This document shows, piece after piece, positions 48,243 to 58,340 of a stretch of DNA of 64,000 nt. Source of the stretch: an uncultured Gemmatimonadales bacterium (GTDB lineage: Bacteria; Gemmatimonadota; Gemmatimonadetes; Longimicrobiales; Longimicrobiaceae); assembly GCA_963716255.1 (NCBI GenBank), contig OY970303.1:4192001-4256000 (forward strand). The letters run 5' to 3'. Each line of letters starts with the position of its first letter. The first letter of the stretch is position 1. The notes under the pieces are model-generated. The model did not search any database, was not told where the DNA came from, and was given only the letters and a program-made list of their open reading frames with translations. The position numbers and the translations under genes are program-made.

Positions 48243-49409
48243 ATGATCCGAATCGCCACGCCGTATACGCGCGCCCTCTGCGCGGCCGCGCTCGTGGGCG
48301 CCCTCGCCGGGTGCACCGTGCCGGGGGCGGGAACGTCCGCACCGGAGCCGGCGGCGGCCCCCGCCGCGGAGATCAACCCGGGTACCACCGTCCGCCCGGG
48401 CGGCAAGTACGTGCTGATCGACCTGGACCTGAACCAGCTCCGCTTCATGGACGGCGAGCGGGTCCTCTGGTGGGCGCACGTGGGCACGGGGACGGGCTTC
48501 CGGCTGACCACCGACGCCCAGAACTGGCACTTCTCGACGCCGGACGGGGTCATGCACGTGCAGTTCAAGGAGCGGGACCCGGTCTGGGTGATGCCCGACT
48601 GGTACTTCATCGAGAACAAGCTCTCCATCCCCCCCGCGGACTCGCCGCGCCGCAAGCAGCCGTACGGGCTGGGGGCGGCGGCCGTCTACCTGGGGAACGA
48701 GATCGCCATCCACGGCACCGACAAGCCGGAGCTGCTGGGGCAGCGGGTGTCGCACGGGTGCATCCGGCTGGCGAACGCCGACGCGCTGCGCCTCTTCCAC
48801 AACGTGCAGGTGGGGACGCCGGTGGTGATCCAGGGCGGCCCCAGGGAGGTGGCGCGCGAGCAGCCGGACAGCGTGGCGACCTTCACCCGGCCGCGCCGCG
48901 GCGCCCCGGCCCGCAAGTACGTGAGCCCCGTGGCGTCGGTCCCCACGCCGCGCCTGCTGGCCCGCCTGACGCAGCAGATGAAGGCGGACACCAGCACCCG
49001 CTGGGCGGACTCGGCGGGGGAGCTGCTGGAGCGGGGGCTCGGGGACGACACCGAGGCTCTGCGCGGGCTGCTGTCGCTGGCCGGCTCCGCGCCGGGCGAG
49101 ATCCGCAACGAGGAGTACGCCACCTTCCTGGCGGACGCGTTCTCGCGCGGGTCGCTGCGGGCGGCGGTGTCGCTCGCGCGCATCGACAAGGAGGCGCGGG
49201 ACCGCGCGGCGGACGCCATCGTGCGGGCGACCATGTCGCTATACCACGGGTCGCCGGAGGACGCGACGGCGCCCTGGCCCACCCGGCGCGTCCCCAAGTG
49301 GCGGCTGGGGCCCAGCGGCCAGGCGGGGTGGACGGCACTGCAGGACGCGGAGGAGGCCTTCCGGGCGCGCCACGGGCTGCGCTCTCTCGTCGCGAAGACG
49401 GAGCGATGA
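48243..49409 (+). CDS. L,D-transpeptidase (YkuD) lipoprotein with helical C-terminal extension
   Basis: Lipobox LAGC; IAIHGT...SHGCIRL. Confidence 0.9.
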   Translation: MIRIATPYTRALCAAALVGALAGCTVPGAGTSAPEPAAAPAAEINPGTTVRPGGKYVLIDLDLNQLRFMDGERVLWWAHVGTGTGFRLTTDAQNWHFSTPDGVMHVQFKERDPVWVMPDWYFIENKLSIPPADSPRRKQPYGLGAAAVYLGNEIAIHGTDKPELLGQRVSHGCIRLANADALRLFHNVQVGTPVVIQGGPREVAREQPDSVATFTRPRRGAPARKYVSPVASVPTPRLLARLTQQMKADTSTRWADSAGELLERGLGDDTEALRGLLSLAGSAPGEIRNEEYATFLADAFSRGSLRAAVSLARIDKEARDRAADAIVRATMSLYHGSPEDATAPWPTRRVPKWRLGPSGQAGWTALQDAEEAFRARHGLRSLVAKTER

Positions 49410-50182
49410 CCGGCACCGCGGTGAACGGGCTGCTGGGGCGGCAGGACCTGCACGCCCACACCACCATGTCGGACGGGAGCCTGACGCTGGAGCGGGTGGT
49501 GGAGGTGGCGCGCGAGCGGGGGGTGCAGATCGGGATCGCGGACCACGTGTCCACGCGCAACGCGGACATGTTCGTGTCCGACGAGGCGGAGGTGCGCCGC
49601 TACCTGGACGCGCTGGAGGGTGCGCCGGTGTTCCGCTCCGGCGAGTTCTGCTGGTGCGACGACCTGTGGCGCTCGCTGCCGGACGAGGTGATGGAGCGCT
49701 TCGACTACCGCATCGGCTCCAACCACGGGTTCTGGCTCCCGGACGGAACGCTGGGCTCGCCGTGGTGGCAGAGCCTGCCGGCCCCCTGGCGCGGGCACGA
49801 GCAGGAGGTGATGGACGCCATGGTCGCCAACCTGTGCGACATGGTGAAGACCATGCCCATCCACATCGCGGCGCACTCCACGCTGACGCCCCCGGCGCTC
49901 CTCGACCTGGAGGGCGACGCGGACGCATGGTGGACGGAGGAGCGGGAGGACCGCTGGGTGGAAGCGCTGGCGGAGAGCGGCGTGGCGCTGGAGATCTCCA
50001 ACCGCTACCGGCTGCCGCACGACCGGCTGCTGCGCAAGGCGCGCGAGGCGGGGGTGCGCTTCACGCTGGGAAGTGACGGGCACACGGAGGCGCAGGTGGC
50101 GCGGCTGGACTGGGCGGCGGAGACCGCCCGCCGCGTGGGGGTCACGGACGCGGAGCTGTTCGTCGCGGAGCGGCGCGGCTGA
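49406..50182 (+). CDS. PHP-domain phosphoesterase
   Basis: DLHAHT..SDG, IADH, SNH, AAH, GSDGH; ATGA overlap. Confidence 0.88.
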   Translation: MTGTAVNGLLGRQDLHAHTTMSDGSLTLERVVEVARERGVQIGIADHVSTRNADMFVSDEAEVRRYLDALEGAPVFRSGEFCWCDDLWRSLPDEVMERFDYRIGSNHGFWLPDGTLGSPWWQSLPAPWRGHEQEVMDAMVANLCDMVKTMPIHIAAHSTLTPPALLDLEGDADAWWTEEREDRWVEALAESGVALEISNRYRLPHDRLLRKAREAGVRFTLGSDGHTEAQVARLDWAAETARRVGVTDAELFVAERRG

Positions 50183-50258
50183 GGCCGCGCCGGGCGCGGG
50201 CGCGTTCGTTGCTGTGGGGCGCGGGAGGGTGTGACACTCTCATGGTGGAGGAGGAACG

Positions 50259-50759
50259 GTGATGGAACGCGACAACGACGCGGTGCGGCGGGAATTCGCG
50301 GGCGAGGAGTGGGCGAGGGAGGGGGGACCCGTCCCGGAGTACGCCGACCAGGGGCCGGACGGTCTGCCGCGGCCCGCGGTCGACGACCCCGACCGTCCCG
50401 ACGTGCGGCGCGACCCCTGGGCGATCCGTGCCGAGGACACGGAGCCGTACGTCGCCCTGCAGTACGTGGCGCGCCTCTTCAAGATCGTGGCGATGGTGGT
50501 GGTGGTGGCGCTCACGGCCGAGATCGTGGCCGGGGTGGCGCTGGAAGGCGCCGACGCGCTGCTGCCCCTGACCTTCGACGTGATCCGCGGGATCGTGCTC
50601 GCGGCGATCCTCTGGGGCGCGGGCGACCTGACGCTCCTCCTCATCGACGTGGGCCACGACGTGCGTGCGGCGCGCGTCCTGCTGGGCCGGCTGACCGCGC
50701 GCAGCGCGGGAGACTACGTGGACCGCCGCGAGCGCAGGGAGGACGGCTCGCCGATCTGA
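50259..50759 (+). CDS. Two-TM hypothetical membrane protein
   Basis: RBS GAGGA; YVALQY..RLFK, two TM helices, LLIDVGHDVRA. Confidence 0.75.
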   Translation: MMERDNDAVRREFAGEEWAREGGPVPEYADQGPDGLPRPAVDDPDRPDVRRDPWAIRAEDTEPYVALQYVARLFKIVAMVVVVALTAEIVAGVALEGADALLPLTFDVIRGIVLAAILWGAGDLTLLLIDVGHDVRAARVLLGRLTARSAGDYVDRRERREDGSPI

Positions 50760-50898
50760 GCCGCGGGCGCGGAAGCAGCCGGCGGAACGAGCACACAGCA
50801 CGCAGCACGGAACGGCGGTCCCGCCGGGCGGCGCCCGGCACGGGGGCGCCGTTCGCCATTGCACCGGCGGATTTTCCCTCGCCCCACCACCCGGAACC

Positions 50899-51741
50899 AT
50901 GACGGAACCGACCGACACTCCCGCCTCGTACGGCCGCGAAGCCCTGGACGGCATCGTGGTCGTGCTCTGGCAGACGCAGGACCGCGTCAACGTCGCGGGC
51001 ACCATCCGCGTGATGAAGAACTTCGGCCTGAAGCACCTGCGCCTGGTGGCCCCGGCGGAGTGGGATCCGTGGCGCATCGAAGGCATCGCGCACGACACGC
51101 ACGACGTCATCGAGGGCACGCGCCTCTTCGACACGCTGGAGGAGGCGCTGGCCGACTGCTCGCACGTCGTGGGGATGACGGCGCGCTCCCGGCGGGCGAA
51201 GCGGGCCATGGCGCGCCCGCGGGAGGCGGTGCCGGAGCTGCTGGAGCGGGCGGCGGACGCGGTGCGCGGCGCGGCGGGGCCGGTGGCGGTTCTCTTCGGG
51301 CGGGAGGACAAGGGGCTCTCCAACGAGGCGCTGGACCTTTGCCACCGCACGGTGATGATCCCCACCAACCCGGACTACTCGTCGCTGAACCTGGCGCAGG
51401 CGGCGCTGGTCATGGCGTACGAGCTGTGGATGGCCGCGGAGGGGCGCAGCCAGCCCTTCCGCGACCCCCGCCACGCGGCGCCGCCGCCCACGGTGGGGCA
51501 GCTGGAGGAGCTCTTCGCCGATGCCGAGGCCGCGCTGTGGGCCGTGGAGTTCTTCAAGAGCCGGCAGACGGAGACGGTGATGCGCACCGTCCGCGAGCTG
51601 ACGCGGCGCGCGGAGCCGGACGCACGAGAAGCGGCGTTCCTGCGCGCCATCGCCATTGAGGTGCGCAAGTTCGTCCGCAGGCGGCTGGGCGAGGACGGCG
51701 AGGCTGCGGCGGATTCCGAGGGGGTGCTGCAGGAAGAGTAG
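50899..51741 (+). CDS. trmJ: tRNA 2'-O-methyltransferase TrmJ/LasT (SPOUT)
   Basis: NVAG..R.MKNFG, LFGREDKGLSN, YSSLNLAQA. Confidence 0.85.
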   Translation: MTEPTDTPASYGREALDGIVVVLWQTQDRVNVAGTIRVMKNFGLKHLRLVAPAEWDPWRIEGIAHDTHDVIEGTRLFDTLEEALADCSHVVGMTARSRRAKRAMARPREAVPELLERAADAVRGAAGPVAVLFGREDKGLSNEALDLCHRTVMIPTNPDYSSLNLAQAALVMAYELWMAAEGRSQPFRDPRHAAPPPTVGQLEELFADAEAALWAVEFFKSRQTETVMRTVRELTRRAEPDAREAAFLRAIAIEVRKFVRRRLGEDGEAAADSEGVLQEE

Positions 51742-51877
51742 CGGGGGCGCGCACGAAGGGACACGAGAGGTAAAATAACGTGGCCGCAAGGGACTTCCCT
51801 TGCGGCCTTTTTACACACTTATTGTTATTCACAGTCCCAATAAGCGCGTATGTTTTCTCTCTCGTATTGGAGATGTC

Positions 51878-52066
51878 ATGAAGACTCTGCGCCTCGTGCT
51901 GGCCGTGGTGGTCCTCCTCGCCGCATGCGATGACCCGGGCCCTTCCGCCCCCGCGCACCCCGCCCGCTCGGGAGCCCTGAACAGCCCGACCCCTGCGAAC
52001 TCCCCTCCGTGCGACACCTCCTGCCGTGCACCTAGCCCCGGTCTGGGGGGAGGGGGACTGCGATAG
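51878..52066 (+). CDS. 62-aa secreted lipopeptide
   Basis: RBS GGAG; MKTLRLVLAVVVLLAAC lipobox; C-terminus CDTSCRAPSPGLGGGGLR. Confidence 0.65.
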   Translation: MKTLRLVLAVVVLLAACDDPGPSAPAHPARSGALNSPTPANSPPCDTSCRAPSPGLGGGGLR

Positions 52067-52067
52067 G

Positions 52068-53339
52068 TCAAGCGACCGTGTTCGCGTTCAGTCCCGCGAT
52101 GATCTCCACTGCCAGGGCGTCGCTGGCCTCGTCCCACGACGGAACTGCCACCGGCTCGGTGACCGCATCGCCGGCCTGAACCAGGTGCTCCGAGTGCAGA
52201 AGGGCTTCGGCCTCCAGCCGGGTCTTGGCTTCGATGCTGAGATCGGTGGCGATCGCGATGCAGCGCCGCGCTGCCTCTACGGCAAGCGCGTGTTCCCCGA
52301 TCGCTTTGGCCCCATGTGCCATGTCGAGCAGTGCGGGGGCGCACCCGTCCACCGCGGCCAGGTCGTCCACCAGCTTCCAGGCCGCGTCCCACGCCTCGTC
52401 GAAAGCTTCACGGTCTCCAGCCCCGCCGGCTGCGCGCACGATGTTCGAGAGCACGAACAGGCGGTCGGTCGGCTGTCTGAAATGGGGGAGCAGGGCCATG
52501 AACACAGCCTGCGCCCGCGTGCAGAACCCCTGCAGAGACCAGATGAGGGCGAGGTCGTGCGCCACTCGTGGCAGATATGCGTGGCCAGGCCCGTACAACC
52601 GGTACACTTCCTTCGCCCAGGTCTCGGCAGCCGCGAGGTTGTCCGCCTCCGTCTCGGCCGTGCAGAGATAGTGGAGAGCCTGCCCCTCGACCTGCCTCAG
52701 CTCGCGCCGCCGCGCCACGCGCAGTCCACGCATCAGCGACTTGCGGGCGCGAGAAAAGTTTCCGCGCTGGGCCTGGATTCGCCCCATCCCGACCCAGGCC
52801 ATCACGTACGACTCCCAGTCGCCGCTGCGTCTCCCAAGTCCGGCGGCGCGCAGAAACCAGGTTTCCGCGCGCGGGTACTCGGCATGCCGGCGCGCCAGGC
52901 GCCCCGCCCCAAACGCGAGTGACGCGTCCTCCGGGCACGTGCTCGCCGCAGCTTCGGCGAAGGCGAGCGCGGTGGCGGTGGCTCCACGCGGCTCGGCCCA
53001 GCGGGCGATCGCCGCGCATGCCTCCGCCACCACGTCCTCCCGGATGGAAGTGGGGCGCTCCACCATCCCCAGGAGCACGCGGAGGTGGGAGCGCAGCTCG
53101 GTGTCGTCGAGCGGCACGGCGCGTGCTTTCGCGGCACCCGGCGCGAACAGCTGCGACCGCTCCTTGGGCGGCGCCTGCGACCAGAGCTGCACGTCGCGGA
53201 ACGCCTGCCAGAGCGCGAACCCCGGCGGTCCCGACAGCTCATCCAGCACCACGGCACCAGCGAACGAGTGGGAGGCGTGCACCGGGAGGGGCGGGATCCG
53301 CCAGCGGCGGTCGGGACTGGGGCGGCGGTCTCTGGACAT
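52068..53339 (-). CDS. Tetratricopeptide-repeat (TPR)-like protein
   Basis: 423 aa, all-helical, repeated A/G..G.......G....A....RA patterns; ATG 53339 chosen. Confidence 0.75.
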   Translation of the reverse strand: MSRDRRPSPDRRWRIPPLPVHASHSFAGAVVLDELSGPPGFALWQAFRDVQLWSQAPPKERSQLFAPGAAKARAVPLDDTELRSHLRVLLGMVERPTSIREDVVAEACAAIARWAEPRGATATALAFAEAAASTCPEDASLAFGAGRLARRHAEYPRAETWFLRAAGLGRRSGDWESYVMAWVGMGRIQAQRGNFSRARKSLMRGLRVARRRELRQVEGQALHYLCTAETEADNLAAAETWAKEVYRLYGPGHAYLPRVAHDLALIWSLQGFCTRAQAVFMALLPHFRQPTDRLFVLSNIVRAAGGAGDREAFDEAWDAAWKLVDDLAAVDGCAPALLDMAHGAKAIGEHALAVEAARRCIAIATDLSIEAKTRLEAEALLHSEHLVQAGDAVTEPVAVPSWDEASDALAVEIIAGLNANTVA

Positions 53340-53626
53340 GGTTTTTGACGGCAAACGGACGTTGGCCGGAGTTGAAGGAGAGCTGGGTTGAGGCACTGTA
53401 GGGGACAATAATCGAGTGTCGGCAGCCACGCCAGGTTCTTAAGTCCCTAACAGGCCACAATGCCGTCGGGAGGCGTTTGCTGACCGTGGCGGTAACGGGT
53501 CGGGCACGCGCCTCCGGCCAGGGGAGGAGCTGCGGGTGAGGTGAAATGGCGGCGGGGTTCGGGGAAGATGCCGTGGCACACCGGGCAGGGTCAACCCGGC
53601 GTGCCGGCAGAATCGCACGTTTCCTG

Positions 53627-55084
53627 TCACACGTTTGCTGCTGCGTCCCGGAGGAGCTGCCACGCGTGCCGGACGTTGTCCTCGGTGGTGCGGAGGTTCC
53701 CCACGGCCATCCGCAGCGCGAAGCGGCCGCGGATGCGGGTGTGCGACAGGAACGCCTCCCCCGTGGCGTTGACCCGCTCCAGGATGCGCTCGTTGAGCCG
53801 GTCGGCGTCCTCCTCGCGAGTATCGGCCGGGTGCGCCCGGAACACCACCGTGCTGAACGGAACGGGGGCCACCCTCTCCCAGCCGGACGCGTCGTCCACC
53901 CAAGCGGCGAAAACCCTCGCCAGGCGGCAGTGCTCGCGGATGCGGGCGGCGATCCCCTCCCGCCCGAAGTAGCGGAGCACCATCCACAGCTTGAGCGCGC
54001 GGAAGCGGCGGCCCAGCGCGGGCCCAAAGTCCATCAGGTTGGTGGCCGCCCCGCCCTCCGGGGTGATCAGGTACTCCGGGAGGATGGAAAAGGCGTGCGC
54101 CACCCGCTCCGGCCGGCGCACGAAGAGCGCGGAGCAGTCCACCGGGACGAAGAGCCACTTGTGCGGGTTGACCACCAGCGAGTCGGCCCGCTCACAGCCG
54201 TCCAGGATCCAGCGCATCTCCGGGGCGAGCGCGGCGGAGCCGGCGTAGGCGGCGTCCACGTGCAGCCAGAGCCCGTGCCGCTCCGCGATCTCCGCGATCT
54301 CCTGCACCGGGTCGACGCTGGTGGTGGAGGTGGTGCCCACCGTCGCCACCACGCAGAACGGCTTCCACCCCGCTTCCAGGTCCTCCCGGATGGCGGCCTC
54401 CAGCGCCGCCGGGTCCATGCGGAACTCGCCGTCCGTGGGGATGCGGCGGGTTCCCGCGCGCCCGATCCCCAGTGTGATCCCGGCCTTTTCGATGGACGAG
54501 TGCGCCTCCTCCGAGCAGTACAGCCGCAGCCGCGGGACGTCGCGCCCGCTCATCCCCTCCTCGCGGATCCCCAGCCCCGCCTCCTCGCGCGCCGTGGCGA
54601 TGGCGGTGAGCGAGGAGATGGAGGCAGTGTCCTGGATGTGCCCTTTGAAGTCCGCCGGGAGACCCATCATCTGCCGCAGCCAGTCCAGCGCGCGCTCCTC
54701 CAGCTCGGTGGGCGAGGGGCCGGTGCGCCAGAGCATGGCGTTGATGTTGAGCGCCGCCGCCAGCATCTCGCCCAGCACGCCGGGCGCGGAGCCGCTGATG
54801 GCGAAGTAGGCGAAGAAGTCCGGGTGGTTCCAGTGGGTGATTCCCGGGACGATGGCAGCGTCGAAGTCCCGGAGGATGTCGGCCATCGGCTCCGGGAGCT
54901 CGGGAGCCGCGGCGGGGAGCCTGGCGGCGGTCGCGCCGGGCTGCACGCGCGCCAGCACGGGGTACGCTTCGATGTCGCGGAAGTAGTCGGCCATCCAGTC
55001 CACCACGGCGTGGGCGTGGCGGCGGAACTCCTCCGGGTCCATGTCGCCCAGGTCGTTGCCGGCGGGCAGGTTGGTGGCGCTCAT
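53627..55084 (-). CDS. PLP-dependent aromatic-L-amino-acid decarboxylase family protein
   Basis: ITHWNHP.F.AYF, SP..TELE, AHSS, HVDAAY, NPHKW (PLP lysine), GRRFRALK. Confidence 0.93.
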   Translation of the reverse strand: MSATNLPAGNDLGDMDPEEFRRHAHAVVDWMADYFRDIEAYPVLARVQPGATAARLPAAAPELPEPMADILRDFDAAIVPGITHWNHPDFFAYFAISGSAPGVLGEMLAAALNINAMLWRTGPSPTELEERALDWLRQMMGLPADFKGHIQDTASISSLTAIATAREEAGLGIREEGMSGRDVPRLRLYCSEEAHSSIEKAGITLGIGRAGTRRIPTDGEFRMDPAALEAAIREDLEAGWKPFCVVATVGTTSTTSVDPVQEIAEIAERHGLWLHVDAAYAGSAALAPEMRWILDGCERADSLVVNPHKWLFVPVDCSALFVRRPERVAHAFSILPEYLITPEGGAATNLMDFGPALGRRFRALKLWMVLRYFGREGIAARIREHCRLARVFAAWVDDASGWERVAPVPFSTVVFRAHPADTREEDADRLNERILERVNATGEAFLSHTRIRGRFALRMAVGNLRTTEDNVRHAWQLLRDAAANV

Positions 55085-55117
55085 TCGTGTCTTCTGCTTC
55101 GGATGGTTGTGTGCGTG

Positions 55118-55241
55118 GGGCCGCTCCGGAGCCGGACGATACTGCCGTCCGTCTCCTGCGCGGGTCGCGGAGCCAGCGGAAACTGCCCGGCTGTCTCCCT
55201 CCGCAACGGATTTTATGGGTACAGCGAACGGCAACGGCAAC
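55118..55241 (+). repeat. Family B structured repeat, copy B6 (2 modules)
   Basis: GGGCCGCTCCG head; CGGACG/CGTCCG and CAGCGG/CGGCTG stems; tail GGGTACAGCGAACGGCAACGGC. Confidence 0.9.
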
Positions 55242-55345
55242 AGGCGACTTTCCGTAGAGCGCACTTCGTACCGCCATTCTACTTTCGCACTCCTCCCCGT
55301 AACTTACCGTCGCTCCCGCGCCGCCGCACCCGAACTGCACCCCGC

Positions 55346-56245
55346 ATGATCCAGGTTTCACCCGAAGTCCAGGCCGCCCTCGACGACGAGCGTCCGGTCG
55401 TGGCGCTGGAGTCCACCGTGCTGGCGCACGGGCTGCCGCGCCCGCGCAACCTGGAGGTGGGGCTGGCGCTGGAGGCGGAGGTGCGCGCCGGGGGTGCAGT
55501 CCCGGCCACCGTGGGGGTGCTCGGCGGGGTGCCGAAGGTGGGACTGTCCGCGGCGGAGGTGGAGCGCATGGCGACGGCGGGGGGAGTGCTGAAGCTGTCC
55601 ACGCGCGACCTCCCGGTCGCGGTGGCGCGCGGGGCGGACGGCGCCACGACGGTGGCGGCCACGATGTGGCTGGCGGACGCGGCGGGGGTGTGGGTGTTCG
55701 CCACGGGCGGGATCGGCGGGGTGCACCGCGGCGGGGCGAACGACGTGTCCGCCGACCTCACGGAGCTGGGGCGCACGGCGATGGTGGTGGTGTGCGCGGG
55801 GGCAAAGGCGATCCTGGACCTCCACGCCACGCGGGAGGCGCTGGAAACGGCCGGCGTGCTGGTGGCCGGGTGGCGCACGGACGAGCTCCCCGCGTTCTAC
55901 TCGGCGCGGAGCGGGCTGCCGGTGGACGTGCGCGTGGACACCGCGGAGGAAGCGGCGGCGCTGTGGAGCGCGCAGCAGGAGCTGGGCGCGCCCGGTGCGC
56001 TCCTCCTGTGCGTGCCGCCGCCGCCGACCCACGCGCTGGACGCGGACGAGGTGGACGCCGCCATCCGCCGGGCGCTGGCGCTGGCCGGGGAGCAGGGGGT
56101 GCGTGGCAAGGAGGTGACTCCGTTCCTGCTCCGCGCCGTCGCGGACGAGACCGGCGGACGCTCGCTGGAGGCCAACGTCGCGCTGCTGCGGAACAACGCG
56201 CGGGTGGCGGCGGAGGTGGCGACAGCGATGACGGCAGGGATTTAG
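55346..56245 (+). CDS. psuG: Pseudouridine-5'-phosphate glycosidase
   Basis: VVALEST..HGLP.P.N, GATTVA, FATGGIGGVHRG, SADL.EL, GK.VTPFLL. Confidence 0.95.
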   Translation: MIQVSPEVQAALDDERPVVALESTVLAHGLPRPRNLEVGLALEAEVRAGGAVPATVGVLGGVPKVGLSAAEVERMATAGGVLKLSTRDLPVAVARGADGATTVAATMWLADAAGVWVFATGGIGGVHRGGANDVSADLTELGRTAMVVVCAGAKAILDLHATREALETAGVLVAGWRTDELPAFYSARSGLPVDVRVDTAEEAAALWSAQQELGAPGALLLCVPPPPTHALDADEVDAAIRRALALAGEQGVRGKEVTPFLLRAVADETGGRSLEANVALLRNNARVAAEVATAMTAGI

Positions 56246-56274
56246 GGAACAGGGACTGCGAGACCGAGCGACGC

Positions 56275-56889
56275 ATGACGACCAAGGATGGACTTCGCCG
56301 CGAGCTGCGGGAGCGGCTGCGCGGCCTCCCGCCGGGGGAGCGCGAGGCGGCGGGGCTGGCGGCGGAGGCCCGCGTGTGGACGGTGCCGGAGGTGGCTGCC
56401 GCGCGGGTGCTGCTGCTCTACGCGCACCTCCCCGGCGAGGTGCCCACGGACGCCATCGCGCGGGAAGCGCTGCGGCGCGGCGCCACCGTGGTCTACCCGC
56501 GCTGCGTCACCGGCACGCGCACGCTGACGCTGCATGCGCTGGAGCGGCTGGAGGCGCTGCGGGAGGGCGCCTACGGGATCCGCGAGCCGGACGTGGAGGC
56601 GTGCCCGCGGGTGGACGTGGACGCGGTGGACGCGGCGCTGGTGCCGGGGCTGGGGTGGGACCGCGCGGGAGGGAGGATCGGGCGCGGCGCCGGCTACTAC
56701 GACCGCCTCTTCGCCGACCCGGGGTGGCGCGGCTTCCGCTGCGGCCTCTTCTTCGCCGCGCAGGAGGCGCCCGCCGTGCCCACGGACCCCTGGGACGCGC
56801 CGCTGAACGCGGTGGTGACGGAGCGGGAGGTGTGGAGACGGGGAGGAACGGAAGTGCGGGAGTGCGAAGGTGCGGAAGTGCGAGAGTAA
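56275..56889 (+). CDS. ygfA: 5-formyltetrahydrofolate cyclo-ligase
   Basis: K..LR; YGI.EP; VPGL.WD..G.R.G.G.GYYDR; P.DPWD...VVTE. Confidence 0.92.
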   Translation: MTTKDGLRRELRERLRGLPPGEREAAGLAAEARVWTVPEVAAARVLLLYAHLPGEVPTDAIAREALRRGATVVYPRCVTGTRTLTLHALERLEALREGAYGIREPDVEACPRVDVDAVDAALVPGLGWDRAGGRIGRGAGYYDRLFADPGWRGFRCGLFFAAQEAPAVPTDPWDAPLNAVVTEREVWRRGGTEVRECEGAEVRE

Positions 56890-57014
56890 CGGCAGTACGA
56901 AGCGCCCCCGCCGGGAGGCCGGTGGCGGCGCTTCGTTGCAGTGCTCCGCCTCTCCCGCCTGCGGGGGAAGGGGCCCGCCGTCGCGTGAGGGATCACGGCC
57001 CGGAGGGGCGAGAC

Positions 57015-58340
57015 GGTATGGACCGGGTAGATTGTTGACAGAATAGACCGGGAGGATGGTTGACACGGTAGCTTACGCGCTCGCCCACACCTAGGGAGAG
57101 CCATGCCGTGGAGACAGACCAACCCGATGGATGAGCGGATGAAGTTCGTCGTTCTCGCACAGGAGGGGCTCTACAGCATGACGGAGCTGTGCGAGCGGTT
57201 CGGCATCAGTCGCCAGGCCGGATACACTCGGCTGCACCGCTACGAGCAGGAGGGAATTGCGGGGCTGGCTTCCGGCAGCCATGCACCGAAGTCCTGTCCG
57301 CACCGCATGAAGGAGGAGGTCCGGACCGCGCTGCTGAAGGCCCGCAAAGCGCATCCGGATTGGGGCCCCCGTAAAATCCTGGTCTGGTTACGCCCGCGCC
57401 GACCCGAGTTGGAGTTGCCGGCGGCGAGCACGGTGGGAGACCTGTACAAGCGGGAGGGGCTGGTGGAGTCTCGGCCGCACCGGCGGGAGTGGTCTCACCC
57501 GGGGCGAGTCTCACACACGGTGGAGGCCGCCAACCAGCTGTGGAACGCCGACTTCAAGGGCGAGTTCCGCATGGGCGACGGGACGCTGTGCTACCCGCTG
57601 ACCGTCACGGACACTCACACCCGCTACCTGCTGGCCTGTGAGGGACTGAGTTCGACCGCGCACAGGGGAGCCTGCGCGAGCTTCCAGCATCTCTTTCGCG
57701 AACGGGGCCTTCCGCAGGCCATCCGCAGCGACAATGGAGGCCCGTTCTGCACGAAAGCCATCGCCGGGCTCTCGCGCCTGAGTGTCTGGTGGACGCAGAT
57801 GGGGATCAAGCACGAGCGGATCGAGCCGGCCCATCCGGAGCAGAACGGCTCGCACGAGCGGATGCATCGCACGCTCAAGGCGGGCACGCTGCGGCCCCCG
57901 GCGGCCAACGTCCAGGTGCAGCAGGAGCGATTCGATGCCTTCCGGCGCGAGTTCAACGAAGAGCGGCCTCACCAGGCGCTGGAGATGCAGACCCCGGGCT
58001 CGCTCTACGTGGCGTGCGAGCGAGAGATGCCGGAGCAAATCGCCCCGCCGCAGTACGCGGGGCATTGTGTGGTGCGCCGGGTGCGGGGTAACGGGATCCT
58101 GTACTTCCGCGACCGGACGATCTTCCTCAGCGAGTTGCTGATCGGGCAGGAGGTGGCGTTGGAGGAGATCGAGGACGGAGTGTGGTCGATCTACTTCTAC
58201 GACCTGCTCCTGGCGCGGCTGGACGAGCGAACGGGGGAACTCTCCGGCTGACGCCGGACACCCCCCGAGGTGGAACTTGATAGACCAGAAGTGTCAAGCA
58301 TCAACCCGGTCTGTGGTGTCAAGCATCAATCCGGTTGCTC
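57015..58340 (+). mobile_element. IS481 family insertion sequence, about 1.33 kb
   Basis: Each end has two ~20-bp motifs at 25-bp period (GACCGG..GAT..TTGACA), inverted between ends; flanking direct repeat AGAC; exact ends uncertain by 1 nt. Confidence 0.9.
57103..58251 (+). CDS. IS481 family transposase (HTH plus rve integrase core)
   Basis: MPW...MDER..FV; LWNADFKG, RSDNG, QNGSHERMHRTLK, FNEERPH.AL. Confidence 0.95.
   Translation: MPWRQTNPMDERMKFVVLAQEGLYSMTELCERFGISRQAGYTRLHRYEQEGIAGLASGSHAPKSCPHRMKEEVRTALLKARKAHPDWGPRKILVWLRPRRPELELPAASTVGDLYKREGLVESRPHRREWSHPGRVSHTVEAANQLWNADFKGEFRMGDGTLCYPLTVTDTHTRYLLACEGLSSTAHRGACASFQHLFRERGLPQAIRSDNGGPFCTKAIAGLSRLSVWWTQMGIKHERIEPAHPEQNGSHERMHRTLKAGTLRPPAANVQVQQERFDAFRREFNEERPHQALEMQTPGSLYVACEREMPEQIAPPQYAGHCVVRRVRGNGILYFRDRTIFLSELLIGQEVALEEIEDGVWSIYFYDLLLARLDERTGELSG

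Noticed and set aside
56246..56274. 6S RNA upstream of ygfA (common synteny)
   Set aside because: Only 29 nt separate psuG and ygfA, too short for 6S RNA.
56851..56887. Degenerate 8-mer tandem (GAAGTGCG-like x4) at the ygfA 3' end
   Set aside because: Short, imperfect simple repeat that probably just extends the C-terminus; no evidence of function.
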